DNA of 64,000 nucleotides from Candidatus Aldehydirespirator sp. (GTDB lineage Bacteria; Actinomycetota; Acidimicrobiia; Acidimicrobiales; Aldehydirespiratoraceae): contig CBDHCM010000006.1 of NCBI GenBank assembly GCA_965261105.1, positions 1,540,405-1,604,404 of the forward strand, read 5' to 3'. Positions 9,001 through 17,543 of this stretch are shown one piece after another. The stretch's first letter is position 1, and each line of letters starts with the position of its first letter. Made by a program: the position numbers and the translations under genes. The notes below the pieces were generated by a model that worked only from the letters and a program-made list of their open reading frames with translations, searched no databases and was not told the DNA's origin.

Positions 9001-9435
9001 GACCTCCGGCGCGCGCTCGGCGGTCCGACCGGGCCCGGCGGCCCAGGCGATCATCCGCCCCGGCACCCACGACAGCTGCAGCTCGACGATCCCCGCGCTG
9101 CGGGGATCTCTTGAGGAGCCGTTCTCCAGGGGCGCCCGCGGCGGGCCCGCCAGCTTCGCCAGCACAGCGTCGATGGCTCGGTAGTCGTCCTCGATGTCGG
9201 CCACGATCAGGGCGCGCTGATGTCCCCTCACCGTGGCCCTGACGCCGTCGATCGATTCAGCGACGTCATCGAGCAGTCGGTAGAGGGCTCGAACCCACAG
9301 CCTGGTGTTGGCCTCGAGAAGCGCCAAGTCAGCGTCGCTGGCCAGGCCATCGACATGGCGGCGCACCGCTTGGGCGAAATCCGCTGACAACGCCAGATGT
9401 GGGTCCAATGTGGCGGTAGCAGTCGTCGTCACCAT
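6058..9435 (-). CDS. SNF2/RapA-family DEAD-like helicase (HelZ-like) with a long N-terminal extension
   Basis: 1125 aa. [33 protein letters not shown] (motif I), [10 protein letters not shown] (motif II), helicase-C block [42 protein letters not shown]. Confidence 0.9.
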   Translation of the reverse strand: [1125 protein letters not shown]

Positions 9436-9506
9436 TGGGTTGGGCGCGAGCCTAACAGCCTGGGCCGCCTACTCCGACAACATCGTCGGGGCCCGCCTAG
9501 AACATG

Positions 9507-9650
9507 CGCGGACAGGTGGTGAGCGCCTCGCGGTCAGGGGTTGTGATTCCCGCTCTTGTTCGCTGCGCTCACGGGCCGCTCGGGCCACGGCCTCGCTGTC
9601 GAATTCGCTATCGCGACGACGATTCGCGGCCCCATCCGCTCGGCCTCTTG
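9507..9650 (+). repeat. Intergenic repeat family, full-length copy B (arm + core + tail modules)
   Basis: The arm is at 9507-9546 and contains GTGAGCGC, whose complement GCGCTCAC lies in the core. The core is at 9547-9596. The tail at 9601-9650 (…CGCGACGACGATTCGCGGCCCCATCCGCTCGGCCTCTTGG) resembles 15765-15812. Confidence 0.85.
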
Positions 9651-9651
9651 G

Positions 9652-12600
9652 TCAGGCTCGGTTCAGCTCCTCTCGAATCCGGTCGATGGCGCCCATCTTG
9701 ATGTGCTCGTAGCCCCGCACCTCCTCGGGCAGCGTGGCCCGCTGAAGCGCGGCGGAGTACCGCTGACCGCTCAGGTGCCGCAGGTCCGACTCGACCGCGG
9801 CGCGGTACTCGCCCGGCAGCGAACGCTCTGCCCGCCTCACCGCGGTGTGCCCGAACGGGTCGAGGACCGTGCCCCGCAGCCGGCGCATGGCGGCCAGGAC
9901 GCGGATCAGCGGCGTCCACGACACCGGCACCGCGATCTTCGATCTCATGCCGAGGGCCCGCAGGATCGGCGGGTGCAGCTTCCAGGCCACCCGTCCCCCG
10001 GTGGCCGCGGCCAGCTCGCGGGCCCCCGCGGTGGCCTCGGGATCGAGCATCAGCCTGGCCACCTCGTACTCGTCCTTGTAGGCGAGCAGCTTGAAGTAGC
10101 CCCGGGCCGCGGCAACCGTCAGCCGGCCCGAGCCGTCGCCCCGCTCGACATCGGCCGCTGCAACGGCCTCCACGAAGTCAAGGTGCCGGCGGGCCAGTTG
10201 CGGCGACTGGTAGGCGCACAGCTCGCCGGCCATCAGCTCCAGGTCGAAACCGCCGCGGTAGCCGGCGTCGTCGGGGGCACCCGCGCCGACCGCGCCGGTG
10301 ATAGCCGCGGACCGCTGGGCGATGTCCTCGTCGAGGTCGGGGGCACCCGCGCCGACCGCGCCGGTGATAGCCCCGGACCGCTGGGCGATGTCCTCGTCGA
10401 GGTCGGCGAGCCTGCGGCCGGATGCCCGGCTGGACTCCACCGCGGAGGCGACGTCGGTGGGCCGCTCCACCACCGCCCGGCCCCATCGGAAGGCCTCGAT
10501 GTTGCTTTGCACGGCCACGCCGTTGAGTTCGATGGCCTGCTCCACCGACCGGGGCGACAGCGGCAGCGCGCCGGCCTGCACCGCCATTCCCACCACCAGG
10601 ATGTTGGCTGCAACCGCGTTCTGAAGGAGAGCCTCGCAGACGCGCTGGGCGTCGACCCAGCGGCGGCAGTCGGCCCGGGTCACCGCCGCGATGGCCGCCT
10701 CCAGTTCGGCGGGGTCCGGCATGCCCCGCTCCGGGTTGGCGATCACCGCACCGGTGGGAGTCTGCGACCTCGAGCCCACCACCACGGTGCGCTGCGGGTC
10801 GCACCGACTCATTCCCGCCGGTGACGCCGCGCCCAACTGGTCGAAGGCCAACAGGACGTCGGCCTGACCCGAGCCGAGCCGGTTGCCGGCCGCTTGGCCG
10901 CCCCGGCCCATCCGCAGGTCGCTCACCACGGGCCCGGCCTTCTGCGACAGGCCGATCTGGTCGAGGCCCCGGACCTCGTAGCCGTCGAACATCGCCGCGG
11001 TGCCGATCACCTGGCTGACGGTCACCACTCCGGTGCCTCCGATGCCGACGATGCGCACTGACAGGTCGTCGGTTCCAACGACGGGCACCGGGTCGTCCAA
11101 GTCGGTTGGCGCGGCGGGCGCGCCCGAGCCCACCGGCCGGGGCGCGCCGCGGCCACGCCGCAACCACGACCGCAGCCGCCCCGGCTGCGTGACCGTCATG
11201 AACGACGGGCAGTCCCCCTCCAGGCACGAGAAGTCCAGGTTGCAGGTGGTCTGATCGATGCGGGTCTTGCGTCCGAAGGGCGTCTCGGTGGGCTGGACCG
11301 ACAGGCAGTTGCTGACCTGGGCGCAGTCGCCGCAACCCTCGCAGATCCGCTCGTTGATGAACACCCGCCCGCGCGGCACCGCCACCGTGCCCCGCTTGCG
11401 GCCCCGGCGCGCCTCGGCTGCGCATTGCTGGTCGTGGACAAGGACGGTGACGCCCTTGATCTGAGCCAGCGTCTCCTGGGCTTCCAGCAGCCGGCTGCGG
11501 GGCCAGACTTCCACGCCCTCGGGCACGTCGGCGCCCCGGTAGCGGGCTGTGTCGTCGGTGGTGACCAGGACGCGGGCCACTCCCTGGGCCAGCAGCACCC
11601 TGGCCACGTTGCCCACGGTGATCAGGCCCTGGGGGTTCTGGCCCCCGGTCATGGCCACGGCCCGGTTCCACAGCAGCTTGTAGGTGATGTCCACACCGGC
11701 CGCCACCGCCCCCTGGACCGCGAGCTGGCCGCTGTGGAAGAACGTGCCGTCGCCGATGTTCTGGAAGATGTGGGCCATGTCCACGAATGGCGCCATGCCG
11801 ATCCACTGGGCGCCCTCCTGGCCCATGCAGGTGAGCCCGATGATGTCGCCGAAGTCGTCCGAGTCCATCAGCAGCGTCATGGTGTGGCAGCCGATGCCGG
11901 CCCCCACTGCGGCCCCTTCTGGCACCCGAGTGGAGCGGTTGTGGGGACAGCCCGAGCAGAAGTAGGGGGTCCGGGCCACCTTCGAGCCGAGCGGTATCAG
12001 CTCCCGCGGGGGCTGTTCGGGAGCGAGCCGGCTGCCGATGCGCTGGGCCAGGCGCCGCCGCAGCGGGCCGAGCAGGTCGTCGGCGCTCAGGCCGCCGTGG
12101 CCGGGGAGCAGCATGGCGTCGCGCTCGTCGTGCTTGCCGGTCACTCGGGGGCGCAGGGCCTCGTTGTAGAGAGCGTCCTTGATGAGCGACTCGATGTTGG
12201 GATGCTTCTCCTCCACCACGAACACCTCTTCGAGGCCGCGGGCGAAGTTGCGGGCCCGCTCGGGGCTGAACGGGAGCGGCATGTGCATGCACATGAGCCG
12301 GATGCCGGCCGCGGCGATGGCGGTGTCGTCGGCCAGCCCCAGCCGCCGCAGCGCCTCGCGCAGTTCCCGGTAGGTGATCCCGGAGGCCACGATGCCGATC
12401 CAGGCGTCGGCCGGGTTGACGGTGGCGTGGTTGAGGCGGTTGAGGGCGGCGTACTCGATGGCCAGTGGATGGCGCACCTCGTAGATCTCGCGCTCGGCGT
12501 CCACCGTGGCCGGGGTCAGGAGCCTGCCGTCGGGGGTGTGCGCGTAGGGCGCTCCGCCGATGGTCGGGATCTGCGGGTCGACCTTGGCCGGGTCGAGGTG

Positions 12601-13251
12601 GACGGTCCCGCTTCCGTCGGCGACGTCGGCCACGATCTTCAGGCTGGTCCACAGCCCGGTGGCCCTCGACAGGTACACGGCGTGGCGGCCCAGGTCGAGC
12701 GCCTCGCCGGGCGTGCCCGGGTACAGCACCGGTATCTGCATGTCGGCGAGGGTTCCCGCCGACGACGACGGGATGGTCGAGCTCTTGGCCTCGGGGTCGT
12801 CGCCCGCGATCACCACCGCGCCGCCGAGGGGGTCCGATCCGGCGAACACGCCGTGGCGCAGGGCATCGCCGGCCCGGTCCACGCCGGGCCCCTTGCCGTA
12901 GAAGATGCCCAGGACGCCGTCGTAGCGGGAGTCGGGGCGCAGGGTCGCGAGCTGCGATCCCATCACCGCGGTGGCCGCCTGTTCTTCGTTGATGGCGGGC
13001 GCCACGACGATGGGGAGGTCGGGGGCCTCGGCGATCGCTTTGGCGAGGTCGCCGTCGTAGCCGCCCAGGGGCGATCCCGGATAGCCGCTGACGAAGGCGG
13101 CGGTGCGCAGCCCGGCCAGCCGGTCGGCCCGCAGCTGCTCGATCGGCAGCCGAGCCAGTGCCTGCAGGCCGGTCATGAAGACCGTGCCGGAGTCGTCGGT
13201 GTAGCGGGACGACAGGCGGTAGGTCTCGGCGACTGTCAAGGCGACCTCCAT
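9652..13251 (-). CDS. Indolepyruvate/2-oxoacid:ferredoxin oxidoreductase family protein (fused alpha-beta, ~1200 aa)
   Basis: 1199-aa ORF. It has a TPP-enzyme-like N-terminus, a 4Fe-4S ferredoxin-type motif CEGCGDCAQVSNC plus CNLDFSCLEGDCPS, and an IGGTGVVT domain. This is typical of the long actinobacterial IOR family. Confidence 0.85.
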   Translation of the reverse strand: MEVALTVAETYRLSSRYTDDSGTVFMTGLQALARLPIEQLRADRLAGLRTAAFVSGYPGSPLGGYDGDLAKAIAEAPDLPIVVAPAINEEQAATAVMGSQLATLRPDSRYDGVLGIFYGKGPGVDRAGDALRHGVFAGSDPLGGAVVIAGDDPEAKSSTIPSSSAGTLADMQIPVLYPGTPGEALDLGRHAVYLSRATGLWTSLKIVADVADGSGTVHLDPAKVDPQIPTIGGAPYAHTPDGRLLTPATVDAEREIYEVRHPLAIEYAALNRLNHATVNPADAWIGIVASGITYRELREALRRLGLADDTAIAAAGIRLMCMHMPLPFSPERARNFARGLEEVFVVEEKHPNIESLIKDALYNEALRPRVTGKHDERDAMLLPGHGGLSADDLLGPLRRRLAQRIGSRLAPEQPPRELIPLGSKVARTPYFCSGCPHNRSTRVPEGAAVGAGIGCHTMTLLMDSDDFGDIIGLTCMGQEGAQWIGMAPFVDMAHIFQNIGDGTFFHSGQLAVQGAVAAGVDITYKLLWNRAVAMTGGQNPQGLITVGNVARVLLAQGVARVLVTTDDTARYRGADVPEGVEVWPRSRLLEAQETLAQIKGVTVLVHDQQCAAEARRGRKRGTVAVPRGRVFINERICEGCGDCAQVSNCLSVQPTETPFGRKTRIDQTTCNLDFSCLEGDCPSFMTVTQPGRLRSWLRRGRGAPRPVGSGAPAAPTDLDDPVPVVGTDDLSVRIVGIGGTGVVTVSQVIGTAAMFDGYEVRGLDQIGLSQKAGPVVSDLRMGRGGQAAGNRLGSGQADVLLAFDQLGAASPAGMSRCDPQRTVVVGSRSQTPTGAVIANPERGMPDPAELEAAIAAVTRADCRRWVDAQRVCEALLQNAVAANILVVGMAVQAGALPLSPRSVEQAIELNGVAVQSNIEAFRWGRAVVERPTDVASAVESSRASGRRLADLDEDIAQRSGAITGAVGAGAPDLDEDIAQRSAAITGAVGAGAPDDAGYRGGFDLELMAGELCAYQSPQLARRHLDFVEAVAAADVERGDGSGRLTVAAARGYFKLLAYKDEYEVARLMLDPEATAGARELAAATGGRVAWKLHPPILRALGMRSKIAVPVSWTPLIRVLAAMRRLRGTVLDPFGHTAVRRAERSLPGEYRAAVESDLRHLSGQRYSAALQRATLPEEVRGYEHIKMGAIDRIREELNRA
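10271..10402. repeat. In-frame 66-bp tandem duplication inside the IOR gene
   Basis: 10271-10336 and 10337-10402 differ at about one base. They encode DLDEDIAQRS(G/A)AITGAVGAGAP twice. Confidence 0.9.
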
Positions 13252-13417
13252 GCGTCAGCGGGCGGGGCGACGGCGCGGCAGCGACACTAGCGCCCCGTCT
13301 TGCGGGGCGGAAGGGGCGGCCTGCCCGCGGCCCCGGCCGGCGGTGTGCCGGTTGGCGCCCGCTACCTGACGCGAGCAGGGTTCTGAGAGGCCGAGTGGAC
13401 AGGCCGCGCCTGCCGAG

Positions 13418-13480
13418 GCTCTCGCATGGGCGTTGAGCGAGGCCATGTCCGCTCTCGCATGGGCGTTGAGCGAGGCCATG
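13418..13480. repeat. 30-bp unit repeated with a 33-bp period at the edge of repeat copy C
   Basis: GCTCTCGCATGGGCGTTGAGCGAGGCCATG occurs at 13418-13447 and 13451-13480. Confidence 0.85.
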
Positions 13481-13560
13481 GCCCGAGCGGCCGGTGAGCG
13501 CAGCGAACAAGAGCGGGAAACACAACCCCTCACCGCGAGGCGCTCACCACCGGTCCGCGC
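13470..13560 (-). repeat. Intergenic repeat family, copy C (core + arm), inverted relative to copy B
   Basis: The reverse complement of 9507-9596 matches 13470-13560 with about 5 mismatches in ~91 nt, aligned by eye. Confidence 0.9.
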
Positions 13561-13566
13561 CTGTGA

Positions 13567-14334
<768 letters not shown>

Positions 14335-14335
14335 C

Positions 14336-15079
14336 TCAGCCTCCCTCCCGGCCCCCGGCCAGAGCGGCGACCGCCTCGGCCACCGTGAAGCGGCGCTCGT
14401 AGAGGGCGGTCCCGACGATCGCTCCGCTTAGGCGGCGCCCGTCGCGGCCCTGGACTCCGGCTATGGCCCGCAGGTCGTCGAGGCGGCCCACGCCGCCCGA
14501 CGCGACCACATCGACGTCCACGGCGTCGAGCATCGAGGCCAGGCCCTGCAGGTCCGGTCCGCCCAGCGTTCCGTCCCGGTCGATGTCGGTGACCACGAAG
14601 GCGTCCACGCCGTCCGTGGCGAATCTTCGGGCCACATCCAGCACCGGCTGTCCCGAGCCCCGCAGCCAGCCGTCGGTGGCGACGTCTCCGGCCCGGGCGT
14701 CGAGGCCGACCGCGATGCGGTGCGAGCCGGCCAGGTCCCGCACCAGGTCCGGGTCTCGCAGCGCAGCGGTGCCAAGCACTACCCGCTCCACGCCGGCCGC
14801 GAACCAGGCCTCGGCCGCGGAGGCGCTGCGCACCCCTCCCCCGGCCTGCACCGGCACCGGGACCGCACCGGCGATGGCCGCGACCACCCCGGCGTTTTCG
14901 GGGCGGCCCGACCGGGCTCCGTCGAGGTCGACGACATGGATCCATCCCGCACCCTGGTCGGCCATCTGCACCGCCCGGGCCACCGGGTCGTCGTCGTAGA
15001 CGGTTTCGGCGCCGTAGTCGCCCTGGTGCAGGCGCACGCAGCGGCCGCCGCGAACATCGACGGCGCAGTAAAGGTCCAC
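14336..15079 (-). CDS. hisA: ProFAR isomerase (HisA/PriA-type)
   Basis: From GTG 15079: [36 protein letters not shown]...[10 protein letters not shown]...GGGVRS. It sits between hisH and hisF. Confidence 0.9.
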   Translation of the reverse strand: MDLYCAVDVRGGRCVRLHQGDYGAETVYDDDPVARAVQMADQGAGWIHVVDLDGARSGRPENAGVVAAIAGAVPVPVQAGGGVRSASAAEAWFAAGVERVVLGTAALRDPDLVRDLAGSHRIAVGLDARAGDVATDGWLRGSGQPVLDVARRFATDGVDAFVVTDIDRDGTLGGPDLQGLASMLDAVDVDVVASGGVGRLDDLRAIAGVQGRDGRRLSGAIVGTALYERRFTVAEAVAALAGGREGG

Positions 15080-15084
15080 GTCGC

Positions 15085-15723
15085 TCAGCCGGCCTTGGCG
15101 CCCGTCGCGGCCGCGGCCACGAAGTTGGCCAGGATGCGCAGGCCCACCCTCGAGGACTTCTCGGGGTGGAACTGCGCGGCCCACACGTTGTCGCGGGCCA
15201 CTGCGGCCACCACCGGCCCCCCGTAGTCGCAGGTGGCGGCCACGTCGGTCCCGTCGCCCATCTCCGGAGCCAGCGAGTGCACGAAATAGGCCCAGACCGG
15301 GTCGTCCAGCCCGGCCAGCATCGGGTGGTCGCCCCGGCGGTCCAGGACGTTCCACTGCATCTGGGGGCGCTTCACCGGACCGGGTATCCAGCGCACCTCG
15401 CGGTCGAAGATTCCCAGGCCCGGGGTGCCCGGTGCCTCGTCGGAGCCGGCGAAGAGCACCTGCATCCCCACGCAGATCCCCATGAAGGGACGTCCCGAGC
15501 GCACCGCGTCGCAGGCCGCACCGTCCAGGCCGGTGCGGCCCAGCGCGGTCATGCACGGCGCGAAGGCGCCCACACCCGGCAATACCACACCGTCGGCATC
15601 GTCGATCAGGCCCCGGTCGGCGGTGAGGCGGGCGTCGGCGCCGGCATGCTCGAATCCCTTCTGGGCCGAGTGCAGGTTGCCGATGCCGTAGTCGAGGATG
15701 GCGATGAGAGGCCTCTTCGTCAC
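15085..15723 (-). CDS. hisH: Imidazole glycerol phosphate synthase glutamine amidotransferase subunit
   Basis: From GTG 15723: VTKRPLIAILDYGIGNLHSAQKGFEHAG...PFMGICVGMQVLF...AAQFHPEKS (Cys-His-Glu GATase motifs). Confidence 0.9.
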   Translation of the reverse strand: MTKRPLIAILDYGIGNLHSAQKGFEHAGADARLTADRGLIDDADGVVLPGVGAFAPCMTALGRTGLDGAACDAVRSGRPFMGICVGMQVLFAGSDEAPGTPGLGIFDREVRWIPGPVKRPQMQWNVLDRRGDHPMLAGLDDPVWAYFVHSLAPEMGDGTDVAATCDYGGPVVAAVARDNVWAAQFHPEKSSRVGLRILANFVAAAATGAKAG

Positions 15724-15764
15724 AGCCCGCTCCGCTTGGTCGCGACGGCGGGTGCGGTTGAGCG

Positions 15765-15812
15765 TGTGGCGACTATGACGAGCGTCATTCGCGCCTATTC
15801 GCTCGGCCTCTT
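15765..15812 (+). repeat. Intergenic repeat family, tail module only
   Basis: GGCGACTATGACGAGCGTCATTCGCGCCTATTCGCTCGGCCTCTTGGC resembles 9601-9650. It lies between hisB and hisH. Confidence 0.6.
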
Positions 15813-15817
15813 GGCCG

Positions 15818-16408
15818 TCACAGCGTGCCCTTGGTGGAGGGCAGGGACGCGCCCTCCACGCGGACCGCGTCGCGGATGGCCCGGGCAACGCCCTTGAACG
15901 AGGCTTCCACGATGTGGTGGGTGTTGCGGCCCCGGCGCATCACGATGTGCAGCGTGACCGCGGCCGCGGTGGCGAAGGCCCGCCAGAACTCCTCGGCCAG
16001 CTGCGGGTCGAAGGGCGGATCCCCGAGGATCTTCTCTCCGGGGAAGTCCACGTCGTAGTGCAGGAAGGGCCGGCCCGAAAGGTCGAGAACAACCTCCACC
16101 GCGGCCTCGTCGAGAGGCACGGTGATGCTGGCGAAGCGGCGTACTCCGGCCTTGTCGCCCAGAGCCTCGCGGAACGCCTGGCCCAGCACGATGCCGGTGT
16201 CCTCGACAGTGTGGTGAGCGTCCACCGCGAGGTCGCCAGCGGCCTGCAGAGACAGGCCGAATCCGCCGTGGCGGGCAAGCTGGTCGAGCATGTGGTCGAA
16301 GAAGGGCAGGCCGGTGGAGACCTCGGCGGTGCCGTCGCCGTCGAGGTCGAGGCTGAGCTCGATGCGGGTTTCCCTGGTGGAGCGGGAGCGGGTGGAGGTG
16401 CGGCTCAT
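15818..16408 (-). CDS. hisB: Imidazoleglycerol-phosphate dehydratase
   Basis: MSRTSTRSRSTRETRIELSLDLDGDG...GLPFFDHMLDQLARHGGF...DAHHTVEDTGIVLGQAF is canonical HisB. Confidence 0.95.
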   Translation of the reverse strand: MSRTSTRSRSTRETRIELSLDLDGDGTAEVSTGLPFFDHMLDQLARHGGFGLSLQAAGDLAVDAHHTVEDTGIVLGQAFREALGDKAGVRRFASITVPLDEAAVEVVLDLSGRPFLHYDVDFPGEKILGDPPFDPQLAEEFWRAFATAAAVTLHIVMRRGRNTHHIVEASFKGVARAIRDAVRVEGASLPSTKGTL

Positions 16409-16455
16409 GTCCGGGTTTCCTTGGTGGAGCGGGAGCGGGTGGAGGTGCGACTCAT
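16366..16455. repeat. 47-bp-period duplication of the hisB start region; the upstream copy is a 16-codon mini-ORF bridging hisC and hisB
   Basis: 16366-16408 and 16413-16455 differ at 2 positions. On the minus strand, ATG 16455 reads MSRTSTRSRSTKETRT-TGA (16407-16405). The hisC stop and mini-ORF start share ATGA, and the mini-ORF stop and hisB start share ATGA. Confidence 0.85.
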
Positions 16456-17543
16456 GCCAGTATTTCCCCGAGGGCGTCGAGGAGGCAGTCGTCTTCCTCC
16501 GGCGTCCCGACCGTAGCCCTCAGGCAGCCGGCCAGGCGCGGCCACGAGGCGCAGTTCCGTACCAGTACCGACCGGTCCACCAGCTGCTGCCACACCTCGG
16601 AGCCGTCGCGGGCGCGCGGCCGGAACAGCACGAAGTTGGCGCCCGAGGGCCACACGTCAACCGGCAGCTCGCCCAACCGGCCCGTCAGTCGCGTGCGCTC
16701 GGCCACGATGGCGTCCACCCTGGCCTGCATGTCGTCGACGTAGTCGAGCGCCGCGATCCCGACGGCCTGCTTGAGGGCGTCGAGGTGGTATGGCAGGGCC
16801 ACCTTGTCCAGTTCCGCCACCAGCCACGTCGGGCCGACCAGGTAACCGAGCCGGGCCCCGGCCATGGCCCAGGTCTTGGAGTACGTGCGCGTGACCGCCA
16901 GCGGGGTCTCGTCGTCGACCAGCTCCAGCGCGCTGTGGGGGGAGAACTCCGCGTACGCCTCGTCCACGCACAGCAGTCCGCCGGCCGAGCGGACCGCGTC
17001 GAGCAGCGAGGCGACCGCGGACCGGGCCGCCACCGTGCCCGAGGGATTGTTGGGGGAGCACAGGAACGTCACCGAGGGACCCGCCGAGGCGATCAGCGCC
17101 GTGGCGGTTGCGGTGTCGAGCGTGAAGTCGTCGTCGCGCGCCCCCTCGACGACTGCGGTCCCGGTGACCCGGGCCAGGTGTGAGTGCAGCGCGTAGCTGG
17201 GCTCGAACACCGCCGCGCTGCGCCCGGCGCCGCCATAGGCGAGCAGCAGGCACTGGAGCACCTCGTTGGAGCCGTTGGCCGCAAAGACCCGGTCCGGCTC
17301 GGTGCCGTGGCGGGCCGCGATCCGGGACCTGAGCTCTTGGGCGCGGCGGTCCGGGTACCGGTTCCAGACCACCGACCGGGCCGCGGCCGCCACCGCCTCG
17401 GCGAAGGCGGGCGGGGGCGGCAGCGGGCTCTCGTTGGTGTTGAGCCGCACGGCCACGTCGATCTGCGGCGAGTGGTAGCCGGCCATCAGCGCGATGTCGT
17501 CGCGCGGCCGTGCCAGGCCCGTCGCCGCGCCTGCCTCGGTCAT
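16452..17543 (-). CDS. hisC: Histidinol-phosphate aminotransferase
   Basis: From ATG 17543: MTEAGAATGLARPRDDIALMAGYHSPQIDVAVRLNTNESPLPPP...TRTYSKTWAMAGARLGY (PLP lysine motif). ATGA overlap with hisD. Confidence 0.9.
   Translation of the reverse strand: MTEAGAATGLARPRDDIALMAGYHSPQIDVAVRLNTNESPLPPPPAFAEAVAAAARSVVWNRYPDRRAQELRSRIAARHGTEPDRVFAANGSNEVLQCLLLAYGGAGRSAAVFEPSYALHSHLARVTGTAVVEGARDDDFTLDTATATALIASAGPSVTFLCSPNNPSGTVAARSAVASLLDAVRSAGGLLCVDEAYAEFSPHSALELVDDETPLAVTRTYSKTWAMAGARLGYLVGPTWLVAELDKVALPYHLDALKQAVGIAALDYVDDMQARVDAIVAERTRLTGRLGELPVDVWPSGANFVLFRPRARDGSEVWQQLVDRSVLVRNCASWPRLAGCLRATVGTPEEDDCLLDALGEILA

Noticed and set aside
9285-9298. A tRNA T-loop-like sequence (reverse complement GTGGGTTCGAGCCC).
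   Set aside because: It lies inside the SNF2 coding sequence, encoding WVRALY. The flanks do not form T-stem or acceptor pairings.
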